In this document: positions 18,982 to 28,299 of the stretch, piece by piece
Layout: each line of letters opens with the position of its first letter
Numbering within the stretch: the first letter of the stretch is position 1
From: Candidatus Poribacteria bacterium
GTDB lineage: Bacteria; Poribacteria; WGA-4E; PCPOR2b
DNA: 64,000 nucleotides
Reading direction: 5' to 3'
Assembly (NCBI GenBank): GCA_965207975.1
Contig: OZ242315.1
Location: 5,975,197 to 6,039,196, forward strand
Notes under the pieces: model-generated
Databases searched by the model: none
What the model saw: only the letters and a program-made list of their open reading frames with translations
Told to the model about the DNA's origin: nothing
Made by a program: the position numbers and the translations under genes

Positions 18982-21177
18982 CTACTTGAGAATCGTCATC
19001 TTCCGTGTGGCAGAATAATCGCCCGCTGTAAGGGTGTAAAAGTAAGTGCCACTTGCCACAGGTTCGCCGAATTCATTTTTGCCATCCCAATAGGCGGCAC
19101 GGCTACGGGTCTGATATATACCTGCGGGCTGATGTCCGAAGGCTAACTGCCGAACTGCTTGTCCGCTTGTGTCGTAAATAGTCAAGGTGACATCTGCATC
19201 CTTTGCGAGATTATACGGTATCCACGTCTCTGGATTGAACGGATTCGGATAGTTGAGCAACAAAACAGTTTCTTTCGGTATCAGTGTTGCAAGAAGTTGC
19301 TCTAGAAACAAAATGCCTCTTAGAGACGTTGCATCTGTGAGGTCTAGTTGTTGTGCTTGGAAAAGCCACCACTTTACATCTGCTGCGATCAACATTTCAA
19401 GTGCTTGTGCCGACGGTGCGGCCTCCGCAGCTCCAAACGCATCCGCAACCCATACCAAATCCGAAATATTAACTACCCCATCTCCATTAACATCCGTTGC
19501 TATATCCGGGACCTTGCTCCCGAATGTGGACGCAACCAAAACCAAATCTAGAAGATTCACGACACCGTCGTCGTTGACATCCGTTGCAATCGGTGGTGGT
19601 TCTGTATCGGAGATAACGTTAAAGATTACTGGATCATCTATAACCCATCCCGCAGCGGTTGCAGAAACGGTGTGTATTCCCAAATTCTCTCCTAGTGTGA
19701 GCGTGCTCTGCGCCCTGCCGTTTTCGTCAGTAGTTGTGTGTGTGGCACTGAGTCTGCCGTCACCGGCAGTCACGGCAAACGTGACCGGAACCCCCCCAAA
19801 CGCAGAACCGTACTCATCTCGCACTTCAACGACAAATGGTTTCAGCGTTACAGAGGGGGAGCCGCGCTGGTAGCCTGAGATTTTCAAGATTGCCGAAGGG
19901 GTACGGTGGCGAAAAATTACCTTAACTCGTCTTTCTTTTAAAATTGGGATGTGTGTGTTAATCGATGGGTAGCTCAAGGGATTGCCTCGCAGCTCAACTT
20001 CATCTGCATACCCCAACCCTGTATTTGCTACCAACGCTGAGACATCCAATATAGAGTTATTCGCAAGGTATAACCATGTCAGATGAGTCAATCCTGTCAC
20101 AGCCGAAATATCAGATATGGAGTTATTCGCAAGGTATAACCATGTCAGATGAGTCAATCCCGCCACTGGTGAAATATCGGATATAGAGTTGCCTTCAAGA
20201 TCGAGATCTGTCAGATGAATCAATCCCACCACAGGCGAAATATCAGATATAGAATTGCCTCCCAGATATAGCAATGTCAGCTTGGTTAATCCGGCTGTCG
20301 CCGATATATCGGATACCGAGTTCTCCCCAAGATCTAGCTCTTTGAGGTCGGCTAATCCCATCACTGCTGATATATCCAACACTGCGTTGTCCCGAAGAGA
20401 CAACATGGTCAGGTTAGTCAATCCTGCTAGGGGCGAAATATCGGATATAGAGTTACCATCCAAATACAGCTGTGTCAAGCTGGTTAACTCTGCCGCAGCC
20501 GAAATATCTGCTATCAAGTTACTCCCCAAAAACAGCGATGTCAGATTAGTTAATCCCGCTAGGGGCGAAATATCGGATACCGAGTTCTTTGAAAGACGTA
20601 GTGCTATCAGGTTAGTCAACCCTGCTATGGGTAAAATATCGGGTATAGAGTTGTATCTTAAATCCAACTCTATCAGTTTGGTTAATCCCGCCACGGGCGA
20701 AATATCAGATATAGAGTTGCCTCCGAAGAATAACTTAGTCAGATTAGTTAATCCCACCACGGGCGAAATATCGGATATAGAGTTATCCCAAAGGTCTAGC
20801 CGTGTTAGATTAATCAACCCTGCTACAGGCGAAATATCGGATATAGCATTGCGTCCAAGAGATAGCTTTGTCAGGTTAGTTAATCCCGCCACGGGCGAAA
20901 TATCGGATATAGAGTTATCCCAAAGATACAGTCGTGTCAAATTAGTCGCGAACTCGAGTCCGGTCAAATCGCTTATGCTAGCGTCCTGTCCTTCAAGGCG
21001 GGTCAAAGTCCCCATCTCTGCTACAGTGATTGGGTCCCCCGATGCTTTACGGAGAGCGGATTCGATAACAGCGCGGAGGTTCGGGTCGGGAAGGTTTACC
21101 GTTTGCGCCCTTGTCGGCAACGGAATCGAGACGCAAATTAGCAGGAAAAAAGTGAGACGAAAAAATTGTGTTTTCAT
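18982..21177 (-). CDS. Secreted internalin-like LRR protein with dockerin-type repeats and a T9SS-type C-terminal sorting domain (Por_Secre_tail)
   Basis: Signal peptide MKTQFFRLTFFLLICVSIPLPTRAQ; about 17 LRR units; VNDDGVVNLLDLVLVASTFG...DVNGDGVVNISDLVWVADAFG; C-terminal LLLNYPNPFNPETWIPYNL...GTYFYTLTAGDYSATRKMTILK. Confidence 0.8.
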   Translation of the reverse strand: MKTQFFRLTFFLLICVSIPLPTRAQTVNLPDPNLRAVIESALRKASGDPITVAEMGTLTRLEGQDASISDLTGLEFATNLTRLYLWDNSISDISPVAGLTNLTKLSLGRNAISDISPVAGLINLTRLDLWDNSISDISPVVGLTNLTKLFFGGNSISDISPVAGLTKLIELDLRYNSIPDILPIAGLTNLIALRLSKNSVSDISPLAGLTNLTSLFLGSNLIADISAAAELTSLTQLYLDGNSISDISPLAGLTNLTMLSLRDNAVLDISAVMGLADLKELDLGENSVSDISATAGLTKLTLLYLGGNSISDISPVVGLIHLTDLDLEGNSISDISPVAGLTHLTWLYLANNSISDISAVTGLTHLTWLYLANNSILDVSALVANTGLGYADEVELRGNPLSYPSINTHIPILKERRVKVIFRHRTPSAILKISGYQRGSPSVTLKPFVVEVRDEYGSAFGGVPVTFAVTAGDGRLSATHTTTDENGRAQSTLTLGENLGIHTVSATAAGWVIDDPVIFNVISDTEPPPIATDVNDDGVVNLLDLVLVASTFGSKVPDIATDVNGDGVVNISDLVWVADAFGAAEAAPSAQALEMLIAADVKWWLFQAQQLDLTDATSLRGILFLEQLLATLIPKETVLLLNYPNPFNPETWIPYNLAKDADVTLTIYDTSGQAVRQLAFGHQPAGIYQTRSRAAYWDGKNEFGEPVASGTYFYTLTAGDYSATRKMTILK

Positions 21178-21257
21178 GGATTTATCCCCTAGCAGTTGGA
21201 AATGTGGGTAGGTATCTGTGCCTTGGTGGTTTGTTACCCTTATCCGAACGGGGCATC

Positions 21258-22167
21258 TATAGTAGACGCAAGAAATAACGGGACAATAGTTTAGAAGTAT
21301 GTTATCCTGTTTGCATTATGGCACATTCATCAGATTTACGCACACGCGTCCTTCAATTCATAGAAAATGGTGGCAGTAAAACAGAAGCGGCAAAACGGTT
21401 CAAAGTCGGTCGAACTGCGATTTACCGATGGCTCAATGACCCAGACCCACTCACACCGGGCAAACCGGGTCCCCGAAAACCGAGACTACTTGACCCAACG
21501 GCACTGGCTGAACATGTCAAGGCACACCCTGACCAAACCCTTAAAGAACGCGCCACACACTTTGGGGTTTCACCCGCCTGTGTCGGCTATGGACTCAAAA
21601 GACTCGGCTACACGCGTAAAAAAAAACGGTTGGATATAAGGAGCAATGTCCAGAAAAACGACAAGCCTATCAGGAGCAACTCGCAACGGCGAAAGCATCA
21701 GGCAAAACGCTGATTTACCTCGACGAGACCGGTTTTACAGATGAAACGTTTAGAAGTCATGGCTATGCCCCCCGGGGACAATGTGTCCAGGGGTTGATAC
21801 CCAGCCAAAAGACCCGCACCACCACTTTGATAGTGGCACAACTGAATAATAAGTTGATTGCCCCAAAGTTAATATCGGGCAGTTGTAATGCACAACGGTT
21901 TAATACATGGCTTGATGAAGCGTTATCGCCACATTTAGATGCCAACAGTCTCGTGATAATGGATAATGCACGCATTCACAAGACCACCGAGACCCAAGCA
22001 TTGATACAAGCCTGTGGTGCTAAGGTGTTATACTTGCCCCCGTATTCGCCGGATTATAATCCCGTTGAACAAAAGTTTGCCAATATAAAGAGAGTCCGGT
22101 CATACAATGCGGATAAGCCCATTGAGGAGATTATCAATATGTATCGTTAATTGTTAAATCTACTATA
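21258..22167 (+). mobile_element. IS630-family insertion sequence (about 910 bp) with imperfect terminal inverted repeats tatagtaga... / ...tctactata and flanking TA
   Basis: Left end ctaTAGTAGACGCAAGAAATAACG (21257-21280) against the reverse complement of the right end (22153-22177), about 18/25 matches; it interrupts the otherwise duplicated LRR upstream region. Confidence 0.55.
21318..22150 (+). CDS. IS630/Tc1-mariner-family DDE transposase, two frames joined by a -1 shift within the A9 run at 21618-21626 (programmed frameshift or pseudogene)
   Basis: N-terminal HTH part (frame 0, to 21713) plus C-terminal catalytic part in the -1 frame (open from 21620): YLDETGF ... IMDNARIHK ... LPPYSPDYNPVEQ (DDE triad context). 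Confidence 0.75.
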
Positions 22168-22212
22168 ATTTCCCCGCCATAGCCTCGCGTCCGGTCAAAG
22201 CTACGGGAGAAT

Positions 22213-22374
22213 TATGGTGAATTCTAAAAAATAAATAGACGCTTTCGCCCCTCGGTTTCGGTCTCCCCGATAAATCAGGGTAAACTAATTATCGGGGCCG
22301 GTAGGTGCGGTTTCCCACCGCACCGATTTGGAGTGTTTTATTCATTCTAAGATCCACTATAAATGACTCTAACG
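22213..22374. repeat. Intergenic repeat element, copy B
   Basis: See copy A; it sits immediately right of the IS630 end. Confidence 0.6.
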
Positions 22375-22387
22375 CTCAGGTTTTTGG

Positions 22388-22416
22388 TTTACAGAGACCT
22401 TGAGTCATGCTATAAT
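22388..22416 (+). promoter_or_regulatory. Duplicate of the ribE promoter (TTTACA-N17-TATAAT); no ORF follows for about 700 bp
   Basis: cgctcaggtttttggtttacagAgaccttGAGtcatgctataataac against 17733-17779. Confidence 0.5.
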
Positions 22417-23013
22417 AACCACAGTTGCTGCTTCCGATACTGGAGGCTGAACCGGGGCTTATTTGCCTAGCAAACCCTCGTTATTTTTTCTATGGGAACG
22501 TGACTGAAAAGCTCGGTTTCTCTTGTGAATACGCAACTTAGGTTGTTATCATCGCAGACAAATGCAGTACTTTAACCCTCTGCGATTGTTAGCAACTTGT
22601 GTGCCATGCCTTTGTTAACAATGAGGAACGCAGTCAGAATGATCGGGAGATCCCTCGAACCGTCGAATTTCATCGTCAGATCCGAATAGGTATCGTTACA
22701 CACAACATACCCGTGAAGTTAAGGGTCTTGTTGTGGATTGGCACCCCATCCGGCTCATTGACACCTCTGGAACAATCTAGCCGTGACTACCCAGAAATCG
22801 GGCGCATCTCACTTGTACATGATTTGAAAATTGCCCGATACCGTGCGAACCAGTTGGTGCTTTTAACCTTAAGTGTGCGAAGTACAGATTAGATGACTGG
22901 TAGAGAGGTATGACTCGCGCCCGATGTCTGATTAGGGTCTATCAGTCTATATTCCCCAAGATCTGTAAATCCCATAGTGAATGAGTCGATTTGCTATCTT
23001 AATCGAAAAGATT

Positions 23014-23119
23014 TATGGTGAACGCTAAAAATAAATAGACACTTTCACCCTCCGGTAGGTGCGGTTTCCTAACCGCACCTACCGGAGCGTCCCATTAATT
23101 CTAAGATCTACTATAAATG
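23014..23119. repeat. Intergenic repeat element, copy C (short form), abutting the ribBA start
   Basis: See copy A; it contains the full 13-bp hairpin ggtaggtgcggtttcctaaccgcacctacc. Confidence 0.6.
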
Positions 23120-23131
23120 AAGGCCTCACCT

Positions 23132-24391
23132 ATGAAGTTTAACACAATCCCAGAAGCCATTGAAGCGATACGAAATGGAGAGATGATTATCGTCTCCGAT
23201 GATCCGGATCGGGAGAATGAAGGCGATTTAATCATGGCAGCGGAGAAAGCCACGCCGGAGGCGATTAATTTTATGGCAAAGTATGGGCGTGGTATGATTT
23301 GTCTTCCTGCAACCTCGGAACGTCTTTCAGAGTTGAATCTCCCGTTGATGGTCTCGGAAAACACGGCCCAACTGCATACGGCGTTTACAGTAACAATTGA
23401 TGCCAGCGATGTGACCACCGGGATTTCCGCCTACGAGCGGGCGCATACGATTCAGAAGTTTGTCCAGCCAGAGACGAAAGCGGAGGATTTCGTTCGTCCG
23501 GGACATATCTTTCCGTTACAGGCTGAGGAGGGTGGCGTATTGCGGCGTGCCGGTCATACGGAGGCGACAGTTGATTTGGCGCGTTTGGCGGGACTGTATC
23601 CGGCGGGGGTTCTCTGCGAAATCTTGAACGAAGATGGCACTATGGCACGCTTGCCGCAGCTTCTCGAATTTGCTGAAAAATATGAGCTAAAGTTCATTAC
23701 CATTGCGGACCTGATCGCTTACCGACGGCAGACAGAGACGCTTATCAAGCGGGTCGCCGAGGCGGATCTTCAAACGAGGCATGGATACTTCAGACTGCAC
23801 TCCTATCAGAGTGCGGACGATGAGAAAACTCACATTGCACTGATTAAAGGAGATATTTCGGATGGTGGGCCGGTACTGGTACGGATGCACTCACAATGCT
23901 TTACTGGAGATGTGTTCGGTTCGCTGCGCTGCGACTGTGGCGAACAGTTGGAGAAAGCGATGCAACTCATCCAGAAAGAGGGGCGGGGTGTCTTAGTCTA
24001 TATGCGTCAGGAGGGGCGCGGTATGGGGCTTGGAAACAAGATTCGTGCCTACCGATTGCAGGATAGCGAGGGGCTTGATACCGTTGAGGCGAATGAGCGG
24101 CTCGGTTTTCCTCCAGATTTGCGGGATTACGGCGTGGGTGCCCAGATTTTGACAGATCTCGGTGTGCAGAAGATGCGTCTGTTGACTAACAACCCTCGCA
24201 AGGTGAGCGGTTTGGAGGGACATAACTTGGAGATTGTCGAGCGGATTCCGCTGCAAACTAGACCCCACGAATTTAACCGGCACTATTTGGAAACGAAGAA
24301 AACGAAACTTGGGCATTTGTTGTTAGATACTATCAACGAGGAGAAGGAGGAGACGGTGCACGGCTACGATGGGCTGATGGTTCAAGGCTAA
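23132..24391 (+). CDS. ribBA: Bifunctional 3,4-dihydroxy-2-butanone-4-phosphate synthase / GTP cyclohydrolase II
   Basis: RibB part [25 protein letters not shown]...; RibA part [24 protein letters not shown] (zinc Cys triad). An alternative in-frame start exists at 23117. Confidence 0.9.
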   Translation: MKFNTIPEAIEAIRNGEMIIVSDDPDRENEGDLIMAAEKATPEAINFMAKYGRGMICLPATSERLSELNLPLMVSENTAQLHTAFTVTIDASDVTTGISAYERAHTIQKFVQPETKAEDFVRPGHIFPLQAEEGGVLRRAGHTEATVDLARLAGLYPAGVLCEILNEDGTMARLPQLLEFAEKYELKFITIADLIAYRRQTETLIKRVAEADLQTRHGYFRLHSYQSADDEKTHIALIKGDISDGGPVLVRMHSQCFTGDVFGSLRCDCGEQLEKAMQLIQKEGRGVLVYMRQEGRGMGLGNKIRAYRLQDSEGLDTVEANERLGFPPDLRDYGVGAQILTDLGVQKMRLLTNNPRKVSGLEGHNLEIVERIPLQTRPHEFNRHYLETKKTKLGHLLLDTINEEKEETVHGYDGLMVQG

Positions 24392-24410
24392 ACAGCGTGC
24401 ACTGGGTACA

Positions 24411-24881
24411 ATGCCAAATATCTACGAAGGCAATCTTATCGGTACTGACCTGAAAATTGGAATCGTGGTCAGTCGGTTTAATAGCTTTATCACCACCAAA
24501 TTGTTGGACGGGGCAATTGACGCGCTGAAACGTCACGGCGTGGACGAGGATGATGTGGACATCTGCTGGACGCCCGGTTCGTTTGAAATCCCCACTACGG
24601 CAAAACGGCTTGCTGAAAAGGAACGATATGATGCGGTCATCTGTATCGGTGCGGTCATTCGTGGTGCAACCCCCCACTTCGACTTTGTTGCCAACGAAAG
24701 CGCGAAAGGGATCGCACAGGTTTCTCTCAATACCGGGATCCCGGTGATTTATGGTGTTATCACGACCGATACGATTGAGCAGGCGATTGAACGTGCTGGC
24801 ACGAAGGCGGGGAATAAAGGGGCAGAGGCGGCGGTCACGGCGATTGAGATGGCGAACCTGTATCGGCAAATTGATGGATAG
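24411..24881 (+). CDS. ribH: 6,7-dimethyl-8-ribityllumazine synthase
   Basis: [44 protein letters not shown]..., canonical RibH. Confidence 0.9.
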   Translation: MPNIYEGNLIGTDLKIGIVVSRFNSFITTKLLDGAIDALKRHGVDEDDVDICWTPGSFEIPTTAKRLAEKERYDAVICIGAVIRGATPHFDFVANESAKGIAQVSLNTGIPVIYGVITTDTIEQAIERAGTKAGNKGAEAAVTAIEMANLYRQIDG

Positions 24882-24902
24882 ACGAATTGATAGGCACTAT
24901 AT

Positions 24903-25760
24903 ATGGCAGCCTTAGAAGAAATCAAAATTGGTAATGGGCGGATTATCAAAGGGGACTGTCTCTCAGTTATGGATAATTTTCCCGACAACCATTTTATGCT
25001 TGGGTTCACCTCGCCTCCCTACCTGAACGCGATCAATTACGAGGAGCATATTGAAAAACTGCACGGGGCCAAAGCACGATGGGAGCGGGAAGATATATCC
25101 TACGAGGAATATCGGCGTTTTCTGGAGAATCGGTTCAAGGCGTTGCTGCGAATTACAAAGCCGGGGGGACATAATGTCGTAAATATTGCACCGGTCCTAT
25201 GGAACGGTACGCGCACTGCCCTCCCTTTTCATTTTGTCAGCTGGCTTGAACAAATTGGGTGGCAATTCAAGGAGGATATTATCTGGGAAAAGCCGGTTGC
25301 GAGGGATAGGCGATCAGGGGTTTTGTTACAGCATCCCTATCCCGGATATTACTACCCTAGCTTGGTTGCCGAATATATTTTTGTCTTTCAGAAACCTGCC
25401 GATAAGAAAAGTCAGAACAACATTTACTGGAATAGAAGTGAGGAAGAGAAAACAAGGAATGCAATTGACCTCAAGGACTATCAAGGCGAGAAGAGCAAAA
25501 ACGTTTGGAAAATCCGTCCATTAGCCCCCCAAGAAAATTTGCATCCCTGTCCATTTCCGTTGGAACTCGCGGAACGGGTCGTCCAGTTTTACTCTTATAA
25601 GGGAGATTCGGTGATTGACATCTTTGCCGGAAGTGGACAGACAAATTGTGCCGCGGAGAAACTAGGTAGAGCGCATGTCGGCATTGAAACGCAACAGAAA
25701 TACATAGATTATGCGGTTGAACAGCTTCGTCCAATTGTTGATCAAGGACAGTTGTTTTAA
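24903..25760 (+). CDS. Beta-class DNA amino-methyltransferase (N6-adenine or N4-cytosine; N6_N4_Mtase fold), M1 of an M-R-M triplet
   Basis: Motif IV SPPY (FTSPPYLNAINYE) precedes motif I FxGxG (IDIFAGSGQT), the beta-class order; 22 bp after ribH. Confidence 0.85.
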   Translation: MAALEEIKIGNGRIIKGDCLSVMDNFPDNHFMLGFTSPPYLNAINYEEHIEKLHGAKARWEREDISYEEYRRFLENRFKALLRITKPGGHNVVNIAPVLWNGTRTALPFHFVSWLEQIGWQFKEDIIWEKPVARDRRSGVLLQHPYPGYYYPSLVAEYIFVFQKPADKKSQNNIYWNRSEEEKTRNAIDLKDYQGEKSKNVWKIRPLAPQENLHPCPFPLELAERVVQFYSYKGDSVIDIFAGSGQTNCAAEKLGRAHVGIETQQKYIDYAVEQLRPIVDQGQLF

Positions 25761-25787
25761 CCTTATTAGAGGTGTAACGAGAACCTG

Positions 25788-26849
25788 ATGGATATTTTCG
25801 CTAGGATCACTGGAGTAAAATATACCCCACTTCTGTGCAGCAAACTTAAATCTTTCAGCTATAAGGATTTTGACGCAACACTTTCAGACAAAGCAACTTT
25901 CATTCTACAGATTGATCCAACCAAGCAGATTGCTTTAAGCTGCTGGGTTTCACCAAAAAGGACACGGTCTTACCCGTATTCAAGGGTCTATGATACATTG
26001 GGCTTTTCTGGCAAGAAAGCAACAATAATTCCAATTTTGAAGGATGAGGGTAAACAGGGCGATCGAGACTTTCTCCAATGGGATACAATCTCTTTAATGA
26101 GTTTGTTGGGCGTTTACGTGATAATTGGCTACTATGCTGATGCTTCAAAAAGCACAAGATACACGCATAAAATCACGGGACAAAAGTTTAATTCAGAGCA
26201 CATCATGAGCGAAATTGATCGGTTGATGTCTTATCAATCCGATGCTCTGCATTGGAACATAACGCAAGTCGAAGGTATCGGCGAAATTGGTTCGCAAGCG
26301 TTGAACGCCTATTCGGTTATCTCTGAAAAACTAGACGTGGAAATGCACTCTTGGGAGTCTGCGGAACGTCGAATCAATATACTTCGTGAAGGTCAGGCAG
26401 AGTTTAAAACACTATCAAGGAACTTGGCAAGGCAGGCACAGGCAAGAGAGAGTATCACGACACAGCCCAAAGAGCACATAGAGGGAATCAAAGGGAAGCT
26501 AACCATCAAAAATTATCTTGGTGGCAATTATTATTTGACCTGTGATGAGGTTGAAATCCATGGGGAGGAAATCTATCTCGTTGAAGCGAAGCATACGAAC
26601 AAAGATGAGCTGCCTTCCCTCGGTGATATAAAAGATGGTTTGGTGAAAATGATACTATTTACAAACTTGGAAAACCTAAAAGTTGATGAGAGAGATTACA
26701 ATCCTGTGCCAGTTTTGAAGTTGACGACGGGTGAGGGATTCAGTCTTAACTCGCTTAACCGCCCGCAGCAAAACCGTCTTACGAATCTAAAGCAGGAAGC
26801 CGAAACCAATGGATTTCGGATTATGATCAATGATGGATTTTTCACGTAA
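25788..26849 (+). CDS. Candidate restriction endonuclease (putative PD-(D/E)xK) sandwiched between the two methyltransferases
   Basis: Position between M1 and M2 with 28-bp and 12-bp gaps; a possible D...ExK in ...TCDEVEIHGEEIYLVEAKH...; no family was recognised. Confidence 0.4.
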   Translation: MDIFARITGVKYTPLLCSKLKSFSYKDFDATLSDKATFILQIDPTKQIALSCWVSPKRTRSYPYSRVYDTLGFSGKKATIIPILKDEGKQGDRDFLQWDTISLMSLLGVYVIIGYYADASKSTRYTHKITGQKFNSEHIMSEIDRLMSYQSDALHWNITQVEGIGEIGSQALNAYSVISEKLDVEMHSWESAERRINILREGQAEFKTLSRNLARQAQARESITTQPKEHIEGIKGKLTIKNYLGGNYYLTCDEVEIHGEEIYLVEAKHTNKDELPSLGDIKDGLVKMILFTNLENLKVDERDYNPVPVLKLTTGEGFSLNSLNRPQQNRLTNLKQEAETNGFRIMINDGFFT

Positions 26850-26860
26850 TGGGATAGAGT

Positions 26861-27754
26861 ATGAAAGCAACTGTGCTGCGTGGAGATTGTGCGTCGCTAT
26901 TAGACCGACAGAACGCCACTTTTGAAGATGTTGATCTCACCTTTCTCGATCCGCCTTTTAATCAAGATAAAGGCTACAACGAGTGGGATGATAACTTGCC
27001 TGAAGCACAGTATTGGAAGTGGATGGACGACGTGTGCACAAAGATTTACGACCGAACTGCTTCGGGTGGTGCAATCTATTTCATGCAGCGCGAGAAGAAA
27101 ACCGAGGCTGTGCTACGGTGTTTACGCGAGTCTGGATGGACGTTTCAAAACCTGATTATTTGGAAAAAGAAAACGTCCGCTGTCCCCGGGATGAATCGTT
27201 TTGGCAAACATTACCAGATCATTGCGTTTGCAACGAAAGGGGAGCGTCCACGGATATTTCATCGCTTGCGGATCAATCCACCACTCCCTGCGGGCTACAA
27301 ATATGAACGGGAAAATGGCATGTTTGTCACCGACGTGTGGGACGACATTCGTGAGTTGACATCGGGCTATTTTGCTGGAGATGAGGCACTGCGGGATGCA
27401 GAGGGAAATCGCTTGCACAAGCAACAGGCACCGATTCAACTTCTCCTTCGGATAATCCTCTCTTCGACAAATCCCGGCGATGTTGTATTAGATCCATTTG
27501 CGGGATCGGGGACAACGTTGGTCGTTGCAGAACAGTTAAGGCGAAAATCAATTGGTATTGAACTCGATAAGGTCAACATCGAAATTATTCGGAAAAGACT
27601 TGCTGAAAAAAGAGAAGCCGATGATATTTCAGGTTCATTCAACGATTATGAATGCACACCGGACTTAGAAGCCATTTGGGGCCGGGCTAAATCGAGAGCC
27701 GCGGCGACTCTCAAACAGGGAAAACTTTTTGAGTCAAATCAAAATCGTGTTTGA
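26861..27754 (+). CDS. Beta-class DNA amino-methyltransferase, M2
   Basis: Motif IV DPPF (LTFLDPPFNQD) then motif I (VLDPFAGSGTTLVVAEQL). Confidence 0.85.
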   Translation: MKATVLRGDCASLLDRQNATFEDVDLTFLDPPFNQDKGYNEWDDNLPEAQYWKWMDDVCTKIYDRTASGGAIYFMQREKKTEAVLRCLRESGWTFQNLIIWKKKTSAVPGMNRFGKHYQIIAFATKGERPRIFHRLRINPPLPAGYKYERENGMFVTDVWDDIRELTSGYFAGDEALRDAEGNRLHKQQAPIQLLLRIILSSTNPGDVVLDPFAGSGTTLVVAEQLRRKSIGIELDKVNIEIIRKRLAEKREADDISGSFNDYECTPDLEAIWGRAKSRAAATLKQGKLFESNQNRV

Positions 27755-28299
27755 GTAGATGAACATCTCGAATCTATTTCCACAAATTAAAACTTTCACC
27801 CTACAACATCATTTCAACGGTCCCTTTTTAATTTTTCAAACAAATCTTTTGTAGAACTTACGCACATGGTCAGAAAATAGGGTATAATAGGGACGATGAA
27901 CCCACTCCAATGCGCCAAACATGACTATCAAGACTTACGCATTTCAAAGTTTTGACCTGTCAGGGACCTGCCAAATCCCTGACATTTGGCGGGGTTATGG
28001 TGTCATTTCAGTGAAGAACGGTTCATAAACAGTGCGTATTTGGCAGGTCAAAAAGCCGTTTACACGCCCCTTCTCTTACGTGGTAAAAATCTACAAACGC
28101 TCTGAAGCTAGGCCCCATCGGGGTTCAGAGGAGCATCCACCAATGATGAACCCCCGATGCTTGGTTGAAATTTTTTTTGGACCTGCCAGGGCCCTGCCAA
28201 ATTGCCGAATCGTGTCGGTGGGGCATTGAAGCGGAGGTGTAGGTTCCGCGTAGCGGAAGGGGTTGGATTTTACCGTTCAACTGCGTAAATCCTACTTTT

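Noticed and set aside
15897-21177. A CRISPR array suggested by the highly periodic 66-bp repeats
   Set aside because: The periodicity is that of in-frame leucine-rich repeats within long ORFs that carry signal peptides. There are no unique spacers and no cas genes.
22599-22892. A 97-aa ORF in the long ribBA leader
   Set aside because: It has no RBS and no recognisable fold or motif, and the region is better treated as noncoding (see the riboflavin-operon finding).
22430-23013. An FMN riboswitch expected upstream of ribBA (and upstream of ribE at 17780-17861)
   Set aside because: The conserved RFN blocks (GGGCAGGGTGAAATTCCC..., CCGACGGT, AGTCCGGATGGGAGA) were searched for by eye on both strands and not found. 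The ribE leader is only about 80 nt. The riboswitch is therefore not called, though only a covariance-model search could settle it.
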